In this document: positions 17,361 to 28,188 of the stretch, in pieces | Position numbering within the stretch: the first letter of the stretch is position 1 | Layout: each line of letters begins with the position of its first letter | Source of the DNA: an uncultured Nitrospinaceae bacterium | Lineage (GTDB): Bacteria; UBA8248 | Length of the DNA stretch: 64,000 bases | NCBI GenBank assembly: GCA_964005815.1 | Contig: CAXFSR010000013.1 | Span: forward strand, 1 to 64,000 | Direction of reading: 5' to 3' | The notes under the pieces: generated by a model | Databases searched by the model: none | Told to the model about the DNA's origin: nothing | Seen by the model: only the letters and a program-made list of their open reading frames with translations | Made by a program: the position numbers and the translations under genes

Positions 17361-18236
17361 TTATTTTATTAGTCCATAAGATGAAGAAAATTCTTCTAAT
17401 TTTCTTATGTTTTCTTCAGATGGAGAACATAAAGGCAGTCTAAATTCAGGCTTCACTTTTCCCATTAGCGAAAGAGTAAACTTTGCTGGAATTGGATTTG
17501 TCTCAATAAACATCATTTTATTTAAAAGCCACATTTTATAGTGAAGTTCTTTTGCAATATTAAAATCTCCATTTAATTGAGCTTCACACATCTTAGAAAC
17601 ATCAGATGGAGAAACATTTGCCGTGACAGAAATAGTTCCTACCGCTCCCATAGTCATCATAGGCAATGTCACAAAATCATCCCCAGACAAAACGAGAAAA
17701 TCATCTGAAACCTTAGAAATAATTTCACAGCAATTTGCAAGATCACCAGTAGCTTCTTTGATACCAACAATATTAGGAATTTCAGACAATTTTGAAACAG
17801 TATCAGGTGCAATAGCTGTGACAGTCCTACCAGGAACATTATATAAGACATTAGGAATATCGGCTGATTCAGCAACGGATTTGAAATGTTGATAAAGACC
17901 TTCTTGAGTAGGTTTATTGTAATAAGGTGCTACCAGTAAAGCACCATCAGCACCAATTTCTTTAGCAAATTTAGTTCTCTCAATAGCCTCAGCAGTACTG
18001 TTAGAACCACAACCTGCAATTACAGGAATACGTCCATCTACATATTTCACTACAAGTTCAATAACACGATCATGTTCTGGATGGGTCAAAGTGGCTGACT
18101 CTCCGGTGGTACCACATGCTACTATCCCATGAGTTTTATTTTCTAGATGAAAATTAACAAGAGATTGTAAAGAATCTTCATCTATGGTGCCATTGTGAAA
18201 AGGAGTTACAAGAGCAACATAAGAACCTTTAAACAT
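17361..18236 (-). CDS. dapA: 4-hydroxy-tetrahydrodipicolinate synthase
   Basis: GTTGES, PYYNKP, LYNVPGRT, GIKEATG, SGDD, ETNPIP. Confidence 0.97.
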   Translation of the reverse strand: MFKGSYVALVTPFHNGTIDEDSLQSLVNFHLENKTHGIVACGTTGESATLTHPEHDRVIELVVKYVDGRIPVIAGCGSNSTAEAIERTKFAKEIGADGALLVAPYYNKPTQEGLYQHFKSVAESADIPNVLYNVPGRTVTAIAPDTVSKLSEIPNIVGIKEATGDLANCCEIISKVSDDFLVLSGDDFVTLPMMTMGAVGTISVTANVSPSDVSKMCEAQLNGDFNIAKELHYKMWLLNKMMFIETNPIPAKFTLSLMGKVKPEFRLPLCSPSEENIRKLEEFSSSYGLIK

Positions 18237-18346
18237 TTAAAAATCCCTTTTTGGGTAAAAATTAATTTCAGTAGCTACACTAGCTATGCTAACAAAGTTA
18301 GGTTGTGTCTTCAAGAAAATCTTAATATAAATAGTCACACTCTTTT

Positions 18347-18375
18347 TTGACAAAAATAAAACTTACATATAATGT
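18347..18375 (+). promoter_or_regulatory. Putative sigma70 promoter of dacA
   Basis: TTGACA at 18347-18352, with TATAAT at 15-nt spacing and an overlapping TAATGT at 17-nt spacing. Confidence 0.55.
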
Positions 18376-18454
18376 ATTTAGGTTATCCGCCTTTCTTCTT
18401 GAAAAATCGCAATCCAAAAATTATGTATTGCAAAAGTCAGGATCATCATAAAAT

Positions 18455-19600
18455 ATGATTTCGAAATTCATGTTTTTCACATATATACTTCTTTTTTTGT
18501 TAATTACAGTCGGTTTTTCAGAGGCCAGATATAAGAGTAAAACAAACAAAAGATTTCCATACAAATCTGCGCTTCTTATCGAAGCCGAAACTGGAAAAGT
18601 TCTCAGATCATTCAATCCACACAAAAAAATCATTCCTGCATCTATTGTAAAAATGATGACTTCATATATCGCATTAAAAGAAATACAAAATAAGACATTA
18701 AATTTGAATGAGTACGTTTTTATATCCAGAAAGGCATCCAAAATAGGGGGACAACAAGTCTACTTGGCACAAGGAGAAAGATTCAAAGTTATAGATCTTC
18801 TTAAGGCAATAATGATTAGTTCGGCAAATGATGCTGCTTTTGCGTTAGCAGAACATATATCAGGTAGTTCAGAAGGATTTATAGATTTAATGAATCTTAC
18901 GGCAAAATCATTGGGAATGAGAAATACACGATTTGTCAATGTTAATGGTCTTCCACCGAACAGAGGAGGATCTCCTAACCTTATGAGTGCTGTCGATGCA
19001 GGGATATTAGCAAGAGAATTACTCAAAATACCAATGACAACTAAAATTAGTAGTATTAAGAACGAAGGATTTAGAAAAAACCAATTCATTCTTACAAATA
19101 CAAACCGTTTGATTGGTCGTTTTCCTGGTTTAGACGGACTTAAGACTGGTTTTTATAGAAAAGCTGGTTTTAGTATTGTTGCTACAGCTAAAAAATCAAA
19201 TTTACGTCTTATTGCAATAGTTTTTGGCGCAAAAAAATCTAGAACTAGATTTAGAGAAACAAGCAAATTACTTTCTTGGGGATTTAATCGTTATATTTGG
19301 TTAGACGTAAGAGAAAAATTAAAAGATAAAATTAAAGCAGTTAAAATAATAGATGGCGTTGAAAAAACCGTAGGGATAAGTTTAATCGGGAAAAATAGGA
19401 TTCTCATAAGAAGAGAAAACGTAAATAAAATTTCTATAAAAAATAAGATCCCTAAAGTATTAACTGCGCCGATAACAAAAGGCCAAGTTATAGGAAAAGT
19501 AACTGTAAAAATCAGGAAAAGAAAAGTCGCAATACTGTCATTAACTACAAAGAAAAGTGTTCAAAAGATCTCATTCTTAAGAAGAATTCTTAATTTTTGA
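18455..19600 (+). CDS. dacA: D-alanyl-D-alanine carboxypeptidase (peptidase S11, PBP5/6)
   Basis: PASIVK (SxxK), SAND (SxN), GLKTG; C-terminal PBP5 domain APITKGQVIG. Confidence 0.93.
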   Translation: MISKFMFFTYILLFLLITVGFSEARYKSKTNKRFPYKSALLIEAETGKVLRSFNPHKKIIPASIVKMMTSYIALKEIQNKTLNLNEYVFISRKASKIGGQQVYLAQGERFKVIDLLKAIMISSANDAAFALAEHISGSSEGFIDLMNLTAKSLGMRNTRFVNVNGLPPNRGGSPNLMSAVDAGILARELLKIPMTTKISSIKNEGFRKNQFILTNTNRLIGRFPGLDGLKTGFYRKAGFSIVATAKKSNLRLIAIVFGAKKSRTRFRETSKLLSWGFNRYIWLDVREKLKDKIKAVKIIDGVEKTVGISLIGKNRILIRRENVNKISIKNKIPKVLTAPITKGQVIGKVTVKIRKRKVAILSLTTKKSVQKISFLRRILNF

Positions 19601-20843
19601 TTTTCTTATGTTTTTTATGACATAAAAAAGGAAGAGAAAGGGAAAAGAACATAAGCATAGAGACTTCAGAATCTCCAAAATTATATTCAAACATTCCTGA
19701 CGATATAAAACCAGAAATAGAAGCTATCCCTGCGACTGCGGAAAAAGTTAGTATTGGACTACCCTTGTTATGGTTATAATTCCTTATTGCTTTAAAGAAG
19801 AAAAGAATCCATATTAAGAACCATGAGATAACTGCAGGCAAACCTCTTTCTACGCTTAGATGTAGAAAATTATTATGCAAATGGCCACGATATTTCTTTA
19901 TTTTCACACCATTAGGAAGCACATTTACCTTAATTCCATCCGAATCCGTAATATAAGATAACTTAGGATCAAGATAGATATTTTTATAATAGTTCTCTTT
20001 TACTAATCCTGGTCCAAAACCTGTAAGTGGTTTCGTAAACATCATTTTTATTCCACTTTTCCACATTATTGTTCTTTCTATCATTGTCGGATCATTGAAA
20101 TTTCCAATACTCTTCACCCTTTTAATTACAGAATTAGGAGAAATGAATAAAAACAACAACAACATTCCTACAAATGTGATTATATAAGTCCTATTTCTAG
20201 TAACAAATAAGATAATAGTTGAAGATATAAAAATACCAACCCAAGCATTACGACTTAAAGTCGCCAAAACTGCTACCAACATCAAAATAAGACCCAAAAA
20301 AATCCATAATCTGCATCCTTTACTTATTTCCGATATTAAATAAGTTATTGTTAAAGAAATAACAATTACAAGAAATCCTCCAAGTGTCATATATATACTA
20401 AAGAATCCAGACTTTCTGCTTCCTAGATTAACAGGATCGAGAAAAATACTTATAAGCACAAAAAAACAAACAATACTAGTTGAGAAAATAAGAACATTAA
20501 GCAGGAATGGAATCTCTTTTTCATCATTTACTATATTAATAGTAAAATAAAAAATCAAAAACTGTGTGATATCTCTAGCGGACATTGTACTTTCAAAAGG
20601 TTTCTCTGAAGTAAATGCACTTATAAGAGTGAAAACAACAAACATGAGCACAGGCAACCAACATGGGAAACTCAGATTTGGTACTTTCAATTCACGATTA
20701 AATGAAATAAACCATAATAAAATCCCGGAAAAAATAAAAATTTGTGAAATCGAAATTGAAAATGGAGCAGAAAAAAGATACCCCAAAAGACATAAGAAAC
20801 AAATCCTTGAATAAGAACCGCGGTCCTCTAAAAATTCTTTCAT
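19590..20843 (-). CDS. waaL: O-antigen ligase family protein
   Basis: Polytopic; TLSRNAW, ER..MW, PLTGFG, HLHNNFL..VERG motifs; at the end of the LPS operon. Confidence 0.85.
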   Translation of the reverse strand: MKEFLEDRGSYSRICFLCLLGYLFSAPFSISISQIFIFSGILLWFISFNRELKVPNLSFPCWLPVLMFVVFTLISAFTSEKPFESTMSARDITQFLIFYFTINIVNDEKEIPFLLNVLIFSTSIVCFFVLISIFLDPVNLGSRKSGFFSIYMTLGGFLVIVISLTITYLISEISKGCRLWIFLGLILMLVAVLATLSRNAWVGIFISSTIILFVTRNRTYIITFVGMLLLFLFISPNSVIKRVKSIGNFNDPTMIERTIMWKSGIKMMFTKPLTGFGPGLVKENYYKNIYLDPKLSYITDSDGIKVNVLPNGVKIKKYRGHLHNNFLHLSVERGLPAVISWFLIWILFFFKAIRNYNHNKGSPILTFSAVAGIASISGFISSGMFEYNFGDSEVSMLMFFSLSLPFLCHKKHKKIKN

Positions 20844-20862
20844 AAAAAAAACCTTTCAATTC

Positions 20863-21987
20863 TTATTTGCGAATTATCTGATGAAGCAAATTTTCGTAGC
20901 TTTTCGCAACATTCGACCAATTATTCTCTGTTGCTAATTCTCTCCCTCTTTTCCCCATAGAATCTGACAAGGAAGGAGAGTCAAAAATTTCAAGAACTGC
21001 AGATACAATTTCATTTGGTTTTTCAGGATTAACTAAAAAACCATTTTCTCCATCTAAAATTGCTTCAGAAATACCTCCTGTGAAACCCCCAATAACAGGT
21101 TTTCCACAAGCACCGGCCTCAAGATAAGCAATTCCAAACGCTTCAACTGCACCATCATTTTTGTCTATTCTACTAGGCATTAAAAAAATATCGCATGCTT
21201 GATAAAAAGCAAAATCCCCTCTTCCTAACTTCCCATAAGGGACCTCGCCTACAAATAAAACTTTCTCATAAACATTTAGTTTTTTAGCCAAATTCTTAAG
21301 ATTCTCCATCTCAGGCCCATCTCCAACTAAGATGTAAAAAATATTTGGATACTTCTCAATAATTAAAGGCATAGATCTAATAACACTATCAAAACCCTTC
21401 ACTGGCTGGAGACGGCCAACAGATAATAAAACTTTTTTTTCAGACAGACCAAGATTTTCTCGAAGAATTTTTCCTTCACTATCAGGTCCAAAATTAGAAA
21501 AGGAAACTCCATTACTAATTGAAAAGATTTTGGAATCACTAAAACCTAAAGATACAAGCCGATTTTTTGTATATTCACTCACTGCAATTAGAGCACTTGA
21601 TCGATTTAAACTTTCTCTCAATTTTATCTTTCTATTCGAACTGTAAATCTCATTACCATGTATGATTACAACAAAAGGAATCTTAAACAGTTTTTTGATA
21701 AGGATTGCGGATCTTAAAAAGTCTGCTCGATGAGTCAACAATAAGATTTGAGGTCTCTTAAACAAAACAAAACAAAAAAGTACCGGAAAAATAAATAACT
21801 TCATATTTATACGTAAAATATTAACTAGCTTATTTGCCTCATCTATTTCAGGGTCTTCTTTTCTTCCTCTAGCAACTACATCCACTTCATGACCCATTTC
21901 AGACAATTCGCCAGCCAATCTAGCAGATAGAGTTTGCACGCCTCCTACTGACGGAGGATAAACTGCGGCACATAAAAGCAATCTCAA
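20863..21987 (-). CDS. Glycosyltransferase family 4 (PimB-like)
   Basis: YPPSVGGVQ, VGRL..VKG, EAFGIAYLEA.ACGKPVIGG. Confidence 0.9.
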   Translation of the reverse strand: MRLLLCAAVYPPSVGGVQTLSARLAGELSEMGHEVDVVARGRKEDPEIDEANKLVNILRINMKLFIFPVLFCFVLFKRPQILLLTHRADFLRSAILIKKLFKIPFVVIIHGNEIYSSNRKIKLRESLNRSSALIAVSEYTKNRLVSLGFSDSKIFSISNGVSFSNFGPDSEGKILRENLGLSEKKVLLSVGRLQPVKGFDSVIRSMPLIIEKYPNIFYILVGDGPEMENLKNLAKKLNVYEKVLFVGEVPYGKLGRGDFAFYQACDIFLMPSRIDKNDGAVEAFGIAYLEAGACGKPVIGGFTGGISEAILDGENGFLVNPEKPNEIVSAVLEIFDSPSLSDSMGKRGRELATENNWSNVAKSYENLLHQIIRK

Positions 21988-23132
21988 CTCTTATCCTTTT
22001 TCTCTTCGTAAATTTTAAAATAAAGCTTTTCCGTTTCTTTCATATTAAGTTCTAGAGAGAATTTAGAGGCTAGTTCCCTAGCAGATTTAGCAATAGGTTC
22101 TTTGTTAACAAGTGACAAACACTTTTCGAGTAATTCTGATATTTCTTTCGGGTTTGTTGGATCTTGAAGAACAAAACCATTTTCTCCATTAGTAATTATT
22201 TCTGCACCACCACACCTAGAAGAAAAAATACATAGCAGACCACTCGATAGAGCTTCTAAACAAACATTACCAAAAGGTTCGTACAATGAAGGTAAAACAA
22301 AAACATCAGCTCCCTTATAAAATCTTGCTGTATTTTCTAAAGAGCCTAGAAAAAAGACATTTTTTTTAATATTAAGTTTTCTAATTTTTTTCATATAGGA
22401 ACTTTTAGCCCCTCTACCTATAACTAGCAAAAATGTGTTCTTTCGGGTCTGAACTGACAATTTAGAAAAAGCCTCGATTAAAAAACTAAGACCTTTTCGA
22501 AAAAATCCTCCTCCTATATATAGTACAAGCGAAGCATCTTCTGGCAATCCAAATTCATTCCTTAGTGAAAGTCGATCTTTCTCATTTGCCAGAGAAAATT
22601 CTTCAGTATTCACACCGTTATAAATAACTGGGATCTTATCCAAACCATAATGACGAAAGATTTCTTCTTTCCCTTTTTTACTAATAGCAGTAACTATAGG
22701 ATTGGCCGATCCTGAAAATATTTTTTTCTCTAAAAACAATAATAAGATATGTAATGGATTTAAAAAACGAAAAAAAACTTTCCAACGTGGAAGGAATTTA
22801 CTTGAAACTGATAGCCATTCTCTATGCAAACCTTCTCCTGCACGATATAAATCACAATCAACAAAACGATCAAAGGAGTGAACTAAATCAAATGACTCTG
22901 CTCGTAAAATATCTTGTGCTCTTTTATTAAAAAAGATAACTTTCAAGAATGAAAAAGGAACATGAAAATTAATCTTATGAACTTTGATCAAATCATTCTC
23001 AAAACAATTATATTTTCGGGTAATCACATGAATATCATGACCTGCTTTTGAAAGTTCATTAGCTAAATGCCAAACATATCTACCAACACCTCCAGAACGT
23101 AGTACAGAAGACCTCACCAATGCTATTTTCAT
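21984..23132 (-). CDS. Glycosyltransferase family 4 (WaaG/RfaG-like core glycosyltransferase)
   Basis: GGVGRY, DLYRAGEGLH, F.RKGL, YEPFGNVCLEA. Confidence 0.88.
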   Translation of the reverse strand: MKIALVRSSVLRSGGVGRYVWHLANELSKAGHDIHVITRKYNCFENDLIKVHKINFHVPFSFLKVIFFNKRAQDILRAESFDLVHSFDRFVDCDLYRAGEGLHREWLSVSSKFLPRWKVFFRFLNPLHILLLFLEKKIFSGSANPIVTAISKKGKEEIFRHYGLDKIPVIYNGVNTEEFSLANEKDRLSLRNEFGLPEDASLVLYIGGGFFRKGLSFLIEAFSKLSVQTRKNTFLLVIGRGAKSSYMKKIRKLNIKKNVFFLGSLENTARFYKGADVFVLPSLYEPFGNVCLEALSSGLLCIFSSRCGGAEIITNGENGFVLQDPTNPKEISELLEKCLSLVNKEPIAKSARELASKFSLELNMKETEKLYFKIYEEKKDKS

Positions 23133-23178
23133 AATTATTCACTTTGTTAGGTTGAATTAATCAACTTAAAAAAACGGA

Positions 23179-24927
23179 TTAATTAGATGATGACCCATTT
23201 TCCTCTACCTGCATTTCATATAATTTCTTATAATGACCATTTAAACTAATCAGTTCACTATGAATTCCTTCTTCCACTATTGACCCATCTTTAAGAACTA
23301 CAATTAAATCAGCGTGTTGAACTGTAGAGAATTTATGAGAAATAACTAATGTAGTTCTTCCTTTCATTAGTCGATCAAGAGCCTCTTGAATTAAGGTCTC
23401 ATTTTCAGAATCAAGTGCACTAGTAGCTTCATCCAATAAAAGAATAGATGGATTTCTTAGTATCGCTCTAGCAATTGCTATTCGTTGTCTTTCCCCACCA
23501 GAAATTCTAACTCCATCTTCACCTAAAATTGTATTATATCCGTCAGGCATCGCCCTAATAAAAGAATCTGCGTTAGCAGATTTTGCAGCAGATACAATAT
23601 CTTCAAAATTTGGTTCTTCTTTAAATCCATAGGAAATATTTTTCGAAACAGTATCATTAAAGATAAAAACTTGTTGAGCTACCACGGCTATTTGATCGCG
23701 AATACTTCTAATATCCAATTCGCTGGCATCTAAACCATCAAATAAGATTCTCCCACTTGAAGGCAAATAAAATTGGGGAATAAGATCGAGAAGTGTTGTT
23801 TTACCAGCTCCACTTAATCCTACAAAAGCAACTAATGAACCACGCTTTATCTCTATGTTTATATCCTTTAAAACGGGGACGCTGTCATATTCGAAATTTA
23901 CATCCTCAATTCTGATTTCATTTGTAAGTTTATTCATTTTCTTTGTTCGAACCGCTACCTCTTCTGGAGGTTCATTATCAATCAATTCAAAAACGGATTG
24001 TCCACCAGCTATACCTTCCATCATATTATTATAAACTCTTGTAAGAGATTTGAGAGGACTATAAATCATACCAATAGCAACGAGGAAACTAGAAAATTCT
24101 CCTGGTGTTACTTCTCCCTTTATTACCATCATAGAACCAAACCATAAAACAGTAGCTGCTATAACTCCTCCAATAGCTTCAACTAGTGGCGGTGCAAGTG
24201 CTCTTACTCTAAGAACTCTTTTCATATTGGCAAAAAATGAAAAATTAGATCTATCGAACCTTATCTCTTCAATTTTTTCTGCTCCATATGCTTTTACTTC
24301 TTTAATACCAGAGTATGTTTCTTTCATTAAACTACTAATATCTCCCATACGTTCTTGATTACCTCTAGTTGCACGACGAATTTTTTCACCAAGTCGGAAG
24401 ACTATATAAGAAATAGGGGGAACCGCTATGATAAAAAAGAATGACATTTTCGGGCTCTGATAGAATGCCACCGAGAGGAGTGCAATAAAAGTAAAAAAAT
24501 AACGTGCTAAATCACGTAAAGAACTAGATACTGCTTTCTGCATCAATGAAATATCAAACAAAACCTTAGACATTAATTCGCCTGTAGTTTTTTGTTCGAA
24601 GAAATGTAAAGGAAAAGACATCATACGAGAATGAAGCTTAGAACGAACATCTACAACTACCCTATGGCCAACCCATTCCATGAAATAACTTTGAAAATAT
24701 GAAAAAATTCCTTTAAACAAATAAATTACGACTAATACTAAGGATAGCAATACTGCCATTTTTATATTTTTAGAAATAAGCACATCATCAACTGCATATT
24801 TCACAAGTAGAGCAGGAAATGCGTTAAGACTCGCAACTACTAAAGTGCATAAGACAGCAAGTCCAAAACGAAGTTTATATGATTTTAGATAATATAAAAG
24901 ATTTTTTATTACAAAACGTTTCTTCAA
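23179..24927 (-). CDS. msbA: Lipid A-core flippase ABC transporter
   Basis: TMD plus NBD, 582 aa; GLSGAGKT, ISGGERQR, LDEATSALD; LPS cluster context. Confidence 0.88.
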   Translation of the reverse strand: MKKRFVIKNLLYYLKSYKLRFGLAVLCTLVVASLNAFPALLVKYAVDDVLISKNIKMAVLLSLVLVVIYLFKGIFSYFQSYFMEWVGHRVVVDVRSKLHSRMMSFPLHFFEQKTTGELMSKVLFDISLMQKAVSSSLRDLARYFFTFIALLSVAFYQSPKMSFFFIIAVPPISYIVFRLGEKIRRATRGNQERMGDISSLMKETYSGIKEVKAYGAEKIEEIRFDRSNFSFFANMKRVLRVRALAPPLVEAIGGVIAATVLWFGSMMVIKGEVTPGEFSSFLVAIGMIYSPLKSLTRVYNNMMEGIAGGQSVFELIDNEPPEEVAVRTKKMNKLTNEIRIEDVNFEYDSVPVLKDINIEIKRGSLVAFVGLSGAGKTTLLDLIPQFYLPSSGRILFDGLDASELDIRSIRDQIAVVAQQVFIFNDTVSKNISYGFKEEPNFEDIVSAAKSANADSFIRAMPDGYNTILGEDGVRISGGERQRIAIARAILRNPSILLLDEATSALDSENETLIQEALDRLMKGRTTLVISHKFSTVQHADLIVVLKDGSIVEEGIHSELISLNGHYKKLYEMQVEENGSSSN

Positions 24928-24947
24928 AGATTCCCCTTAAACAAAAA

Positions 24948-26087
24948 TCACAAAAGATTTAGAGTTTCTTTATAAATCGTCTGAATCTTTTTCGATTGAT
25001 AATCTCTATGAAATAATTCTTCAACGTGAGTTCTTCCGTTTCTTCCAAAAGAATCACGCAATTCCTTATTAATAATTATTTCTTTAAAAGATTCAACTAA
25101 CTTTTTCTCGTCACCATATGGTACTGAAAATGCATTCTCTCCATGTAGCACTACCTCATCTAAACCTTTAAAATTAGTTACTACATTCGGCAAACCCATC
25201 GCCATTGCTTCTAAAACAGCCCTACAACTTCCCTCAGAACCAGGAGCCATAAGTGTAAATAAGTCCAATCCAGATAGAACCTCAACTAAATCTTCTTCAT
25301 GATAACCAGCAAATGAAACTGAATTAGTTAATCCTAATTGTTCTACTTTATGTTCTATATTAGGTAAAAATTCTCCTTTCCCTATAATAATTAATTTCAC
25401 TTTTTTAAAATCAACGCTTATTTTTTTGAATCCTTTTAAGAGAAAATCATATCCTCTATCGTGCGCTAAACGAGAAACAATCCCAATTGCGAAAGATTCC
25501 TCATCTACTTCTAAGATTTTCCTCCCATTTTTTCTGTTTTCTATTCTCTTATTAGGATTAAATTTCTCCAGATCAACTGCACCTTGGACTACATCGATTT
25601 TCTGAAAAGGGATCTCTAAATTACTATGCAAATAATTTTTAATATATCTATTAACTGCTATTAATTTATCACTAGACTTTGCTAGCAGATAATTGTCAAG
25701 AATTGAACTTCTTGAAACTCTTGAATTATGGATAGTTCTAATAATTTTAGGTGAACTTTTTGCTAGTATTCTAGAAAAAGTTGCTAACCAATGATCAGCA
25801 GTCAAGTGTGTATGTATGATGTCTATCTTAGAATCATCCAAATATTTTGCAAAAGAATTAACAAAATTAAAAATTTCAAAAGGATTCAATTTTCGAGTTG
25901 GAACAAATTTTCTGATAACCTTTAAATTATTTTGTTCAGCTTTCTTTTCTAATTCTTCACCCAAGATACAAGAAAAATCAACATTATGCCCTAAATCAGA
26001 CAACCCGATGGAAAGTTGTAATACTGGCTCGGAAGCACCAGTCCACCAAGGACTAGATATGATTTGAATGATATTTAATGACTTCAA
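24948..26087 (-). CDS. Glycosyltransferase family 4
   Basis: GT-B fold; WTGASE, HTH, SEGSCRAVLEAMAMGLP. Confidence 0.85.
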   Translation of the reverse strand: MKSLNIIQIISSPWWTGASEPVLQLSIGLSDLGHNVDFSCILGEELEKKAEQNNLKVIRKFVPTRKLNPFEIFNFVNSFAKYLDDSKIDIIHTHLTADHWLATFSRILAKSSPKIIRTIHNSRVSRSSILDNYLLAKSSDKLIAVNRYIKNYLHSNLEIPFQKIDVVQGAVDLEKFNPNKRIENRKNGRKILEVDEESFAIGIVSRLAHDRGYDFLLKGFKKISVDFKKVKLIIIGKGEFLPNIEHKVEQLGLTNSVSFAGYHEEDLVEVLSGLDLFTLMAPGSEGSCRAVLEAMAMGLPNVVTNFKGLDEVVLHGENAFSVPYGDEKKLVESFKEIIINKELRDSFGRNGRTHVEELFHRDYQSKKIQTIYKETLNLL

Positions 26088-27178
26088 TCAGAAATAACCT
26101 CTTCGTAAAAGAATAAAGTCCTTTTTATCATTTTTTCTAGACTAAAATTTCTATCAACGAATTCTTGTCCCATATTACCCATTCTTTCTCTTATTTTTTT
26201 ATTTTTTAATAGAATCCGTATCCCATTTGCTAATGCCATACTATCCTTTGAAGGCACAACAAGACCAGCTTTTGAGGGAAAGAGAACCTCTGGGACGCCC
26301 CCGATATTTGTCCCCACTATTGGAACACCCATAGACATAGACTGCAAAGCAACTTGAGGTATTCCTTCCGTTCTCGTAGAAGCAATAACAAGTAAATCTA
26401 GTCCTGCCATAACTGTCGGGATATCTTCTCTATACCCAAGAAAGAACACTCTACTATTTAACAAATTCGATTCAGCCGCTTTCTTCTCATATAAATCTCT
26501 GCCTTCACCATCACCTATGATATAGAATCTTGCTTTCTCAGATGACAACTGACGAATAGCTTCTAAAAAATCTAAATGGCCTTTGCTACCTCGAAGTTGA
26601 GCAACCATTCCAACTAATAAGGTTTCTTCGGGAACTTGCATTTCAGATTTAAAAAGGCTCTTTGAGATATCTCTATTAAAAACCGAAGTATCCACACCTG
26701 TAGGAACAACTTCAATTTTAGAAGGATCGCAAGATTTTGAAGAAATAAGTAATTTTTTTATAACTTCTGCAGTTGTAAAAATTTTTCTTGGCAATCGATA
26801 AACTAAGTTAAAAGTGTGCCCTTTGATAGGAACAGAAACATGTCTCGTTCTAAAAACGGGAATACGCATTAAACGACCAACTAGACCACCTATCCAACTA
26901 TCTATACTACTATGTGTATGAATTAAATCAGGTTTGTATTTAAAAATTAAGAATATAAATTTAAAAAAAGATATTAGATCCCATGAAAATCTCATTCTTA
27001 GTTTACAAAAAGGAATAGATCGGGATTCAGCTTCTTTTCCTAGTCTACTATTAGGTTGACCAACTATAAGAATCTTATGACCTTTAGCTATCAAAGAAAG
27101 CGATTCCAATAAAATTCTTTTTTCTTGTCCACCAAAACCTTCTGATGCTTCTGTATGGATTATTTTAAGAGACCTCAT
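26084..27178 (-). CDS. Glycosyltransferase family 4
   Basis: GFGGQE, IHTHSSIDSW, KGH, EGIPQVALQSM..GVP; start at ATG 27178. Confidence 0.88.
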   Translation of the reverse strand: MRSLKIIHTEASEGFGGQEKRILLESLSLIAKGHKILIVGQPNSRLGKEAESRSIPFCKLRMRFSWDLISFFKFIFLIFKYKPDLIHTHSSIDSWIGGLVGRLMRIPVFRTRHVSVPIKGHTFNLVYRLPRKIFTTAEVIKKLLISSKSCDPSKIEVVPTGVDTSVFNRDISKSLFKSEMQVPEETLLVGMVAQLRGSKGHLDFLEAIRQLSSEKARFYIIGDGEGRDLYEKKAAESNLLNSRVFFLGYREDIPTVMAGLDLLVIASTRTEGIPQVALQSMSMGVPIVGTNIGGVPEVLFPSKAGLVVPSKDSMALANGIRILLKNKKIRERMGNMGQEFVDRNFSLEKMIKRTLFFYEEVISD

Positions 27179-27926
27179 TCTTCTTCTTAAACTCCAAAAT
27201 AATGGCAAATCTCATAAAAACATACCATGCTAAACCAGCACTGACTATAAAACCTTCAAGTCCATCTTTCCAACCAGATTTAATGATATAACTACGAAAA
27301 AATCTCCATAATGGTCGAAAAAAAATATCTGTCTTTTTTGATGAAATTTTTTTCTTTAAACTTTCTTGGGCTGACAAAATAGCATAATCTTTTTGACGCT
27401 GAAAAAAATCAGAGACATTTTCATAACTATAATGAAGAATAGGTTCATCCAATTGATAAACTTTACCATCTACCTGAACTGATTCATGAACCTGTCTATC
27501 GTTAAAGGAAGCTTTTTCTTTTTTAAAGAGTCGTATTTGATAATCGGGCCAGAGATCTCCGTTTTTCAACCATTTTCCAAAGAAGATATTTTTTCTTGGA
27601 AATCTATATCCTTTATAGATGCTATCCTTATCAAAAATTTCAAAAAGAATCTTCATTAAGTCATCTGAAATTCTTTCATCTGCATCCAAACTCAAGATCC
27701 ACTGATTTTTTGCCTGTTGAATTGCAAAGTTCTTCTGATCAGAATAACCAACCCACTCTCTTTCAATAACATCGGCACCTAATCCCCTAGAAATATCACA
27801 AGTTCTATCTTCACTCCCTGAATCAACTACTAATATTTCATCTGCCCATAAAACACTTTTAATACACTCAGAAATATTAGCTTCTTCGTCTCTTGTAACT
27901 ATTACAACAGAAACTTTTTTTTTCAT
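27165..27926 (-). CDS. Glycosyltransferase family 2 (WaaE/KdtX-like)
   Basis: VVDSGSED.T, QKNFA, LDADER, PDYQIRLF, VHE; start 27926 or 27938. Confidence 0.9.
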   Translation of the reverse strand: MKKKVSVVIVTRDEEANISECIKSVLWADEILVVDSGSEDRTCDISRGLGADVIEREWVGYSDQKNFAIQQAKNQWILSLDADERISDDLMKILFEIFDKDSIYKGYRFPRKNIFFGKWLKNGDLWPDYQIRLFKKEKASFNDRQVHESVQVDGKVYQLDEPILHYSYENVSDFFQRQKDYAILSAQESLKKKISSKKTDIFFRPLWRFFRSYIIKSGWKDGLEGFIVSAGLAWYVFMRFAIILEFKKKNEVS

Positions 27927-27974
27927 TATAAAACTCATTTTTATTAAGTAACTATTGATTTGTAAAATTTATCT

Positions 27975-28166
27975 TTATTGATTTTTTGCCCATTCTTCTA
28001 AATCAACAGCTTCATCTACAAGGAGTACCGGTATACCATCCTCAATTCTATATACTTTTTCAGCCACTCTGCTTATCAAAAATTTTCCGTCTTCACTAAG
28101 TTCAAGCGGCTTTTTACAAATAGGACACGCGAGAATTGAGAGAAAGTCATCACTAATACTCATCAT
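27975..28166 (-). CDS. Trm112/YcaR-family small protein
   Basis: LSILACPICK..L and YRIEDGIPVLL.DEA; AAGGAG RBS. Confidence 0.9.
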   Translation of the reverse strand: MMSISDDFLSILACPICKKPLELSEDGKFLISRVAEKVYRIEDGIPVLLVDEAVDLEEWAKNQ

Positions 28167-28188
28167 TGTCTCCTTAATTAATTATCAT

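Noticed and set aside
18237..18454. Lysine riboswitch upstream of dapA
   Set aside because: The region is short, AT-rich and shared with the divergent dacA promoter; no lysine-aptamer motifs seen
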